From an uncultured Candidatus Micrarchaeota archaeon (GTDB lineage Archaea > Micrarchaeota > Micrarchaeia > CAILAH01), in the NCBI GenBank assembly GCA_903832205.1, contig CAILAH010000038.1, positions 4,456 through 68,455 on the forward strand: a DNA stretch of 64,000 nucleotides, read 5' to 3'. The translations under genes and the position numbers were made by a program. Under the pieces are notes generated by a model, which saw only the letters and a list, made by a program, of their open reading frames with translations, ran no database searches and was not told the origin of the DNA. Every line of letters begins with the position of its first letter. The stretch's first letter is position 1. This document shows, piece by piece, positions 1 through 7,140 of this stretch.

Positions 1-254
1 AGGGCGGGGTTGATATGCTGAACGAGACCCAGCTCATTGAGGCCGGACATATGGTGGTTGTTGATGCCAATGGGATAATGACAATCACATCGCTTTCCGA
101 GCAGGACTGGGCATTGCAGGCCGCAGCATTTGATAGCATAATTATCCCTGGCGTCACAGATGATCAGGCGCCCGCAAGCCCCTGCGCCACAACAGCCCTG
201 CTATTATTATCTGGACTATTTCTTTTCGCTTTTGCACATCTGAAAAGAAGATAA
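1..254 (+). CDS. C-terminal fragment of a secreted/surface protein (5' end outside window) ending in a hydrophobic helix plus basic tail (…SPCATTALLLLSGLFLFAFAHLKRR)
   Basis: Open frame runs off the window start. The C-terminal tripartite tail resembles the tails of the Cys-rich family at 2253-3565. Confidence 0.4.
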   Translation, partial: GGVDMLNETQLIEAGHMVVVDANGIMTITSLSEQDWALQAAAFDSIIIPGVTDDQAPASPCATTALLLLSGLFLFAFAHLKRR

Positions 255-1112
255 TCAGAGCCCGCCCAGAAGATATGCAACCATTCCTAATGTGAGGGAA
301 AGCAGTGAGATTTTCTTGGCGGTTTCCTGGTCGTGGGGTGTGCCGAAGAATCGGACGGATGCGTAGAGGAGCCCGATTATGGAGCCGAGCGCGGGAATAA
401 GATAGAGATAGTTGCCCTGGAGCGGGGGCATGCTGAGGAATGGCCAGAGCGCAAGAAGCGATGCGGCAATGGTGAGCAATAGTGCCAGCACAAGGGACGG
501 GTTTTTTCCGATGAGGACGGGGAGCGTCACCGACCCACGCGCTTTCACATCGCCTTCAACGTCCTGTACCGTTTTTTGGATTTCCCTGGCCAGCCCGAAG
601 AGGAACGATGTGGCTACCACCACCATTGTGAGCGCGGAGATGGTGCCGCTCAATGCAACATCCGTGAATATGAATACAATCGCCATTGATGCCGCAATGA
701 TTGCATTGCCCAGGAGCGCCACATCCTTGAGCTTCCAGTCATATAATATGGAGAGGGAAGCAAACAGGAAAGCGATGTTGAGCGCATTAGTGCCCAAAGG
801 GACCGCAACAAGCACGCCCATTAAGAGCAAGGCAATACCGAGCCATTTCGCCTCCCACTCGCTTATCTCCCCCTTTACTATTGGCGTCTTCTTCTTGTTT
901 ATCCTGTCGCTCTCAGCATCAAAGTAATCATTGAGTGCAAATGCGCCCGCGGAAACTAAGAATGGGCAGAGTAAAAGAGAAACAAGTTGGGCATAAGTGA
1001 AAGAGAGGTGAAGAAGCACAATCGCGGTAATGACACCGAGCATTAGTATTACGGAATGCTCAATCCTGGTTAATTGTGCGATTGCTTTCAGGTTCATATG
1101 GATAATACTCAA
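255..1112 (-). CDS. UbiA-family prenyltransferase, 285 aa, polytopic membrane protein; possibly the archaeal DGGGP synthase
   Basis: Asp-rich motif ALNDYFDAESDRINKKKTPIV (NDxxDxxxD) within about 8 predicted TM helices. The DGGGPS call is an inference from the nearby GGGPS, GGR and UppS genes. Confidence 0.7.
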   Translation of the reverse strand: MSIIHMNLKAIAQLTRIEHSVILMLGVITAIVLLHLSFTYAQLVSLLLCPFLVSAGAFALNDYFDAESDRINKKKTPIVKGEISEWEAKWLGIALLLMGVLVAVPLGTNALNIAFLFASLSILYDWKLKDVALLGNAIIAASMAIVFIFTDVALSGTISALTMVVVATSFLFGLAREIQKTVQDVEGDVKARGSVTLPVLIGKNPSLVLALLLTIAASLLALWPFLSMPPLQGNYLYLIPALGSIIGLLYASVRFFGTPHDQETAKKISLLSLTLGMVAYLLGGL

Positions 1113-1128
1113 ATGGAAATATTAAAAA

Positions 1129-2217
1129 CTAGAATTCAAGGATGGACTTCTGCCCTTTCCCTTCCTCAAGATTCTCCACGCGTACCCCAATCCTCCTGAG
1201 CTCGGCGCTCGTGCCCGCGAGCAGCTCCCTATAGAGCGCCTCAACCGCAACATAGATGATCTTTGGGTCGGCAGTGGCGCGGGGAAGCTTGCGCGATTTG
1301 GAGTGTGGCTCCATATTCTCATCCACCGCGTTGATGCCCACAACGGAGCATACCTTCCCCTCCTCACTAAGCTGTGCGGCCACATCTTTTACAAGCGGCT
1401 CAACATTATTCATAATATAGGAGATGTCGCGCGAATCCTCCTTGAGCGTCCTAATCCTGCTGATTTGCTTCCTTTCCAGCTTCTGCTCAACGTTATCATC
1501 GCTCTCGCCGTGGGCTGCAAGCACGAGCCAGGCGCCGAATTTCTTACCGAACGTCTCAATCAGGAGAGCGGGCGAAACCTTCTGCAAATCCGCAACCTTA
1601 TAGACGCCCATCAAATCGAGCGCCTCCGTGGTCTTGGGCCCAATCCCGGGAATCTCAGAGACGGGGAGCGTGCGCAGGAATTTCTCAGAACCCTTCGGAA
1701 GGACTACAGTAAGCCCATCGGGCTTCTTCATCCCGCACGCTATCTTGGAGATAATCTTTGTGGCCCCAACCCCGATTGAGCAGGTGAGCCCCACATCCGC
1801 AAGCACCTCTTTCTTAATTTTCCTAGCCAATTTCTCAGCAAGGGCAAAATCACCCTTGCATCTCTCAGTGACGTCAATGAACGCCTCATCAATGCTGACC
1901 TGCTCGAACTTATCGGCATTCCTTATGAGCACTTCCATCACTTTCATTGAATATTCCTCATAAAGCTCATGCCGAACGGGAAGGAATGCAGAATCAACAC
2001 CTGCCAATCTCTTTTTCGCAAAAGCAATGGGAATGCCTGACTTGACGCCGAACTTGCGCGCAGTATAATTAGAGGTGGCAACCGCACCGCTTGATTCACT
2101 GCGGCCGGAGAACATGCAAACCACAACGGGCTTTCCCCTTAGCGAAGGGTCAAGCAGCTCCTCAACCTGCGCATAGAAGTAGTCCAGGTCCATGAGCATT
2201 ATTACCCGCTGCTGCAT
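1129..2217 (-). CDS. dinB: Y-family DNA polymerase IV (DinB/Dpo4-like)
   Basis: N-terminus MLMDLDYFYAQVEE… and SIDEAFIDVT are classic Y-family palm motifs. The 362 aa length also fits. Confidence 0.85.
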   Translation of the reverse strand: MQQRVIMLMDLDYFYAQVEELLDPSLRGKPVVVCMFSGRSESSGAVATSNYTARKFGVKSGIPIAFAKKRLAGVDSAFLPVRHELYEEYSMKVMEVLIRNADKFEQVSIDEAFIDVTERCKGDFALAEKLARKIKKEVLADVGLTCSIGVGATKIISKIACGMKKPDGLTVVLPKGSEKFLRTLPVSEIPGIGPKTTEALDLMGVYKVADLQKVSPALLIETFGKKFGAWLVLAAHGESDDNVEQKLERKQISRIRTLKEDSRDISYIMNNVEPLVKDVAAQLSEEGKVCSVVGINAVDENMEPHSKSRKLPRATADPKIIYVAVEALYRELLAGTSAELRRIGVRVENLEEGKGQKSILEF

Positions 2218-2252
2218 ACTCTCATATCCTGTTTTTCTTTTATAATACTTAC

Positions 2253-2729
2253 GTGAGAAGTGTTCTTATGAAACTCTGGATGCTTCTTCTTATACTGCTT
2301 GCCACGCCGCTGGCGTTTGCGGATTGTGTAACTACCTACGACTCCTGCACGGCTTCCTGCTGTACTAACGTGGACGGGCAAGTCGATTACTCGAGTGGCA
2401 GCCCTACCTGCTCCGGCTATGGGGCAGTGAGCAAGGACAACTATGACACCTGCATCAGTATGGAATGTGTCTCGCCACTATTGACCTGCGTCGGCAGCTA
2501 CAGCTGCGCTGCAAAGCACTCCTCATGCCAGAACAGCTGCACGGGCGCACCTGGAAGCGGAGTGGGTGACTGCTACGCAACCTGTGATTCAGAGGGCGCG
2601 CAGTGCGCGATTGACGAGATGGACTCAGGCAACAATAACCCGCCAAGCCCATGCTGCAACGGCATAATGCTCGTCGGCGCAATACCATTGCTGTTCCTCC
2701 TTGGATTGCACATAAATAACAAGAGATGA
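2253..2729 (+). CDS. Small Cys-rich secreted protein, family member A (signal peptide; about 18 Cys; C-terminal CC-NG + IPLLF helix + basic tail)
   Basis: Signal peptide MKLWMLLLILLATPLAFA, likely true start M6 at about 2268. Mature part is rich in C/S/T/G/D. C-terminus is …PPSPCCNGIMLVGAIPLLFLLGLHINNKR. Confidence 0.6.
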   Translation: MRSVLMKLWMLLLILLATPLAFADCVTTYDSCTASCCTNVDGQVDYSSGSPTCSGYGAVSKDNYDTCISMECVSPLLTCVGSYSCAAKHSSCQNSCTGAPGSGVGDCYATCDSEGAQCAIDEMDSGNNNPPSPCCNGIMLVGAIPLLFLLGLHINNKR

Positions 2730-3181
2730 TTGGGATGAAGTATGCATTATTTCTAATGCTTCTGGCACCGCTCTGCTTCGCAAGCTGCGGAACCGTATTT
2801 GACCAGTGCCAGTGGGACTGCTGCTCCTCAACGGGCAATACGCCCAGCGGCTCATTCAGCAGCGACACCTACTCCTGCTCTTTTGACACTGACTATATGC
2901 CATATGACTCCTGCGTAAGCACCACCTGCACTCCAAACTATCTGGACTGCAATGGTGCGCCATACAGCTGCAAATCGCAGCAGCAGAGCTGCATACAGAA
3001 ATGCTATGGAAGCAGCGATGAGTACTGCTTTGAGACCTGCGACAACAACGCAATAGACTGCATGGATGCGGGCGGCACGCCCAACCCTCCCAGCCCGGGA
3101 TGCTGCGGCGGGGTTGCGCTCCTTTTGGGCGTCCCGTTCCTGTTCGTTGCGGGCAGGCAATTTACAAAAAAGGTGAACTAA
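2726..3181 (+). CDS. Small Cys-rich secreted protein, family member B
   Basis: Signal peptide MKYALFLMLLAPLCFA. C-terminus is …PPSPGCCGGVALLLGVPFLFVAGRQFTKKVN. Start overlaps the stop of A (tandem, same strand). Confidence 0.6.
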   Translation: MIGMKYALFLMLLAPLCFASCGTVFDQCQWDCCSSTGNTPSGSFSSDTYSCSFDTDYMPYDSCVSTTCTPNYLDCNGAPYSCKSQQQSCIQKCYGSSDEYCFETCDNNAIDCMDAGGTPNPPSPGCCGGVALLLGVPFLFVAGRQFTKKVN

Positions 3182-3565
3182 ATGAAATGGGCTATATTAC
3201 TAATACTGTTGTTGGCTCCGCTGTGCTTTGCGGTGGAATATCCGAACCATTACTGCGGCCAGTATCTGACGTCGTGCGTAAAGCAGTGCTGCCCGAGCGT
3301 CCCCACAGGCAACTGGGACGAGGCACAGCAGGACTGCATCTATGACACCAATACCGTCTCTGATGAGCAGGCAATGCAGATCTGCGGCACCTGCGTGGAC
3401 GAATACGCACAGTGCGATGCGACCTACAACAGCGACGGCTCGCTGAGAGGCGGCTACACGCCGACAACCCCTTCATCCTCAAGCAGCGGCTGCTGCGGCG
3501 GATTAATCGCGCTCATTGCACTGCCCCTATTGTTTATAGCGGGAATGAAGCTTTCAAGGAAATAG
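3182..3565 (+). CDS. Small Cys-rich secreted protein, family member C
   Basis: Signal peptide MKWAILLILLLAPLCFA. C-terminus is …SSSSGCCGGLIALIALPLLFIAGMKLSRK. Abuts B. Confidence 0.6.
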   Translation: MKWAILLILLLAPLCFAVEYPNHYCGQYLTSCVKQCCPSVPTGNWDEAQQDCIYDTNTVSDEQAMQICGTCVDEYAQCDATYNSDGSLRGGYTPTTPSSSSSGCCGGLIALIALPLLFIAGMKLSRK

Positions 3566-3645
3566 GCGCAGGTGCGCACACTTTCTCATTTTTTCTTTAC
3601 CTGCTTAACGATAAAACTAATAAGCCTCAGCGCTGATACATCCAC

Positions 3646-4587
3646 ATGGATGACGCCATCTCCGTAAGGAATGGTTCCAAGACATATCGCAGCGGCAAGG
3701 AGACCGTCATCGCTTTGGATGACATCTCGCTTTCCGTGAAGAAGGGCGAGATATTCGGCCTGCTCGGGCCCAACGGCGCGGGAAAGACATCACTAATCAG
3801 CATACTCGTGGGAATCCTCAATCCGGATTCCGGCTCTGCGGTAATATTCGGGAAGGACTGCGTCGAGGAGACGCAGGCGGTGCAGAGCAGTTTGAATTTA
3901 GTCTCGGGATTTTCAGGCGCAATAGGCTCGCTTTCGGTTGAGGAAGCGCTCACCTATTATGCAATGCTCTATAACGTGAAAGACTCGAAAAAGGTAATCG
4001 CCAGGCTCCTGAAGCAGATGAACCTGTATGAATCGCGCAACTGGACCGCGGAGGACCTTTCATCGGGCATGCGCCAGCGCTATTTCATATGTAGAGGACT
4101 GCTCAACGATCCGAAGCTGCTGGTGCTTGACGAGCCCACCGTAGGATTGGACGTGGAATCTGCAATAGATGTTCGCAAGATAATCAGGGACCTTAGGGCA
4201 AAGGGGCACACAATCCTGCTCACCACGCACAACATGTTCGAGGCGGAGGAGCTCTGCGACCGCATCGCGTTCATCAACCATGGGAAGATTCTTGCGATCG
4301 GAACGCCCGAAGAATTGAAAGGCAAAATCATAAGCCAGCGCACAATCGAGATACACTGCTCGATGGAGAAATGCGTCGCGGAGCAGCTGAAGGGCATGAA
4401 GGGCGTGAAGGCGCAGATAAAATCCCCGCAAATAGTCCACGTGACCGTTGACAGCTACACAAAAACCAAGGACATAATGCGCGCACTCGCCAGCTGCAAC
4501 GGTGAAATTTATTCAGTAAACGAAATGGAGCCGACATTTGAGGAAATCTACCTCAAGTTCATGAACAACAAGGGTGGCAAGAAATGA
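3646..4587 (+). CDS. ABC transporter ATP-binding protein
   Basis: Walker A GLLGPNGAGKTS, signature LSSGMRQR, Walker B LLVLDEPTVGLD, H-loop TTHNM. Confidence 0.9.
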   Translation: MDDAISVRNGSKTYRSGKETVIALDDISLSVKKGEIFGLLGPNGAGKTSLISILVGILNPDSGSAVIFGKDCVEETQAVQSSLNLVSGFSGAIGSLSVEEALTYYAMLYNVKDSKKVIARLLKQMNLYESRNWTAEDLSSGMRQRYFICRGLLNDPKLLVLDEPTVGLDVESAIDVRKIIRDLRAKGHTILLTTHNMFEAEELCDRIAFINHGKILAIGTPEELKGKIISQRTIEIHCSMEKCVAEQLKGMKGVKAQIKSPQIVHVTVDSYTKTKDIMRALASCNGEIYSVNEMEPTFEEIYLKFMNNKGGKK

Positions 4588-4654
4588 GAGGGCTAATGAT
4601 TGGCACATTGCGAAGGGCGACGATTGGTGATGCAAAGCAAGGGGGCGCAATGCA

Positions 4655-5428
4655 ATGAATGGCTCACTATCGCGCATCCTATCGCAGGTGTACCGGGGCG
4701 TAAACATGATGCGCAGGAACACCTTCCGACTTACCGACGTGTTCGTATGGCCCATCCTCTACCTGTTCACGCTCACATTCTTCGTCACCTACCTGGGCTC
4801 AAACCAGTCCTACCTCTATATGATAATATTGGGGATGATGGGCTGGAGGGCAATGTATTTCATCAACCTGGAGATGGTGACCGCGTTCACGGAGGAGTAC
4901 TGGTCAAAATCGCTGGGCTACCTGTTCGCATCGCCCATCTCGCGCATGGAGCTCGCCATCGGCTCCGCAATCAGCGGCCTGCTCAAGGCAATCATCGTGC
5001 TGATAATATATCTTGTGCTTACATACGCAATCTACGGGTTCACCGTGCCCAACTGGGGCATTTTCCTCGTGGGCGTGGCGTTCCTGCTTTTGGCTGGGTT
5101 CACCATGGGGCTTTTCATGCTCGGTGTCGGATATTTCATGAAACAGGAGGCGTTCAACATCTCGTTCATAATCCCCGATATGCTCGCTCTTCTCTCGGGA
5201 GTCTACTTCTCAATAGAGGTGGTTTACCCAAAATGGCTGCTGCCCGTAATACGCCTGCTCCCCACAACGCAGGCGTTCGAGCTGCTAAAGTCATCCGTTG
5301 GTCTTGGTAATCCAGACTATACGCTCCTAATAGTAACTGCAGTGGGCTGGCTCGCTGTTGCATATGCATTCAACGGCTACATGTACAACAAGGCGAAGAA
5401 AGAGGGAAAGCTCGCTCGCCTCGGCTGA
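4655..5428 (+). CDS. ABC-2 type transporter permease (6 TM)
   Basis: Hydrophobic 6-helix profile, about 250 aa, immediately downstream of the ABC ATPase. Start may be the internal Met MMRRNTF. Confidence 0.7.
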   Translation: MNGSLSRILSQVYRGVNMMRRNTFRLTDVFVWPILYLFTLTFFVTYLGSNQSYLYMIILGMMGWRAMYFINLEMVTAFTEEYWSKSLGYLFASPISRMELAIGSAISGLLKAIIVLIIYLVLTYAIYGFTVPNWGIFLVGVAFLLLAGFTMGLFMLGVGYFMKQEAFNISFIIPDMLALLSGVYFSIEVVYPKWLLPVIRLLPTTQAFELLKSSVGLGNPDYTLLIVTAVGWLAVAYAFNGYMYNKAKKEGKLARLG

Positions 5429-5483
5429 TGAGAGAAGCTTATTAAATATTCTTAAGCTGAACATAATTATCAGGTGATATTTA

Positions 5484-5654
5484 ATGGCAAAATTCCCGGA
5501 AGCAGAAGCAACACTCATGAACATTAAGATTTGCAAGAAGTGCAAGTCAAGGAACGCAAAGTCCGCTATCAAGTGCAGGAAGTGCGGCTATAAGTCGCTC
5601 AGGCCACGAAAGAAGGGCAAGTCTGCCAAGGGCGGCGGCGGCGCACCCAAGTAA
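5484..5654 (+). CDS. rpl40e: Ribosomal protein L40e (56 aa; missed by the >=60 aa ORF track)
   Basis: Translation [56 protein letters not shown] shows the L40e pattern: KIC-x2-C-x-x-RN … KCRKCGY. Confidence 0.8.
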   Translation: MAKFPEAEATLMNIKICKKCKSRNAKSAIKCRKCGYKSLRPRKKGKSAKGGGGAPK

Positions 5655-5810
5655 GGCTAGGCACTAATTTTTAATTACTTTATTTCTATCTTATTCCAGA
5701 CTCCAGGTATTCCAGTTAGTTGGGACATTCGTCTCCGGTTTTTTGCCTTGCGGCAAAAAACTGCCTGGAGTTTGTAAGCGCATATTTGCGCAAGCAAACT
5801 GCGCCCTTAC

Positions 5811-6037
5811 GCAGGGGTGGCGGAGCTCGGTCAAACGCGCGGGACTTAAGTGCCGCTCTTTCGGGTTGCCTAAAGAGCGGCGCCAGAAATGGCACTTAAG
5901 TTATGACCTCTGAAAAGAGGGATGATCTAAGAAATCCCGTGGCCTAGCGCCTACGCAGGTTCAAACGAAGGGCCCCAGCGGGCCCTTCGCAACCCATGCA
6001 ACCATGGATTGCGATTCTGGAAATCCTGCCCCCTGCA
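5811..6037 (+). tRNA. tRNA-Leu(UAA) with two introns; exons 5811-5850, 5934-5965, 6024-6037; intron 1 at the canonical 37/38 position (83 nt); intron 2 in the T-loop at 59/60 (58 nt)
   Basis: Hand-folded. Acceptor GCAGGGG/CCCCTGC plus discriminator A. D-arm GCG…GGTCAAA…CGC. Anticodon stem CGGGA/TCCCG with loop CUUAAG(A). 15-nt variable arm. T-arm GCAGG-TTCAAA|T-CCTGC. Spliced length 86 nt. Confidence 0.7.
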
Positions 6038-6122
6038 CTTTATTTTCTCTCGGAAGCTTGTGCCGTTGAAAACACAAGGTTAATTAATTTTTATCAATTG
6101 AAGCAACTGTGGGTGTGTTATA

Positions 6123-7130
6123 ATGGGACAGAAATCTGATGATTCTAATAATATCGTATTAAACCAGGAAAATGAGGCCGTATCGGGCCCGCTGGCGCGC
6201 AATAAACGAAAGAGGGCGTTTGACAGGTGCAAGGAGCTTGTTGCCGTTGCTGCCATTGTCCTCTCCACTGCCGCGGTCACCGCAGTCACGACAAGATGCG
6301 GTGATTCAACTGAAGGGTCCAATGTTACACAGTCGGATACCGCTAGCACGACTGATATTGGCGAGCAGAAAGATGCTGGTCCAAAGGATACCGGCATTGG
6401 CCCGAAAGATATCGGCAGTGAAGATGCCTTTGATGGCGGCTCGCCCAAGGATGCTCAAACAACTCCTGATGAGGAACAGCCCGATGCTGGCCCAAAGGAT
6501 ACGGGCGCAGAGATGGAAACCCCTGACGGCGGGCAAACAACGGACGGCGGAGATCAAGAGCAAGCGGATGCCTCACAGCCCAATGACACTGGTAATACTA
6601 CAGATGGGCCGCAGCAAACAGATGGCGGCGACCAATTGGAAGATGCAGGCGAAAAAGATGCAGAGACAACAGATGCTAACAAGGAGGACGGTTCCTCACC
6701 TGATGTAATAAGCACGGACGGCGGGGACCTGCTTGAAGATACTGGCGAAGGAGATGCAGGCACAGCAAAAGAATTGTGCGACGAATATCCCGGCATAACA
6801 ATACCCATGTGGGCAAATGTGTCAGTCCCCTGGGACATGTTCGTAAAATACTTCTCAGGAGTAACTGGCTTTTCGGAAAAGATTGACGCGCTGAAAAATT
6901 ATGTGACCGTAATTAACGGTAGTGGGGAGAAAGTTGTCCTTCTTGCGGGGCAATACGATGCGGCACTGCCTTCACAGATGAGAATAATTTCCGCTGATGT
7001 TTTATTCGCAGTGGCAGGTGTTGTCAAGCTGGATGGCACAACCGTGGATGGCCTATGCCTGCAACACATGTGGAGCGCCGCGGAGCTTGATGCGGCATTC
7101 CAGGCAATGATGTCTGGCACGGGGAACTGA
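6123..7130 (+). CDS. Membrane-anchored acidic low-complexity protein with a C-terminal globular domain
   Basis: Basic N-terminus, one TM (LVAVAAIVLSTAAVTAVTT), then a D/E/G/T-rich disordered linker with DAGPKDTG repeats and a roughly 120-aa C-terminal domain. Stop lies 11 nt before the subtilase start, so co-transcription is likely. Confidence 0.45.
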   Translation: MGQKSDDSNNIVLNQENEAVSGPLARNKRKRAFDRCKELVAVAAIVLSTAAVTAVTTRCGDSTEGSNVTQSDTASTTDIGEQKDAGPKDTGIGPKDIGSEDAFDGGSPKDAQTTPDEEQPDAGPKDTGAEMETPDGGQTTDGGDQEQADASQPNDTGNTTDGPQQTDGGDQLEDAGEKDAETTDANKEDGSSPDVISTDGGDLLEDTGEGDAGTAKELCDEYPGITIPMWANVSVPWDMFVKYFSGVTGFSEKIDALKNYVTVINGSGEKVVLLAGQYDAALPSQMRIISADVLFAVAGVVKLDGTTVDGLCLQHMWSAAELDAAFQAMMSGTGN

Positions 7131-7140
7131 GGGTGATGTT

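Noticed and set aside
412-927. 171-aa ORF on the plus strand inside the UbiA gene
   Set aside because: Antisense to a well-supported membrane-protein gene. S/A/T-rich low-complexity translation typical of a GC-rich antisense frame.
4600-5310. 236-aa ORF overlapping the ABC-2 permease in another frame
   Set aside because: Arg/His/Gly-rich nonsense composition. The permease frame has a coherent TM profile.
5655-5810. Strongly structured region upstream of tRNA-Leu (hairpins CCGGTTTTTTGCC-TTGC-GGCAAAAAACTGG and GCGCA-TATT-TGCGC), considered as SRP RNA or RNase P RNA
   Set aside because: Too short. No SRP helix-8 or RNase P P4 (GGAAAGUCC) motifs. Most of the apparent 'large structured RNA' from 5811 to 6037 is explained by the two-intron tRNA-Leu. 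The upstream hairpins are left as possible leader or promoter structure.
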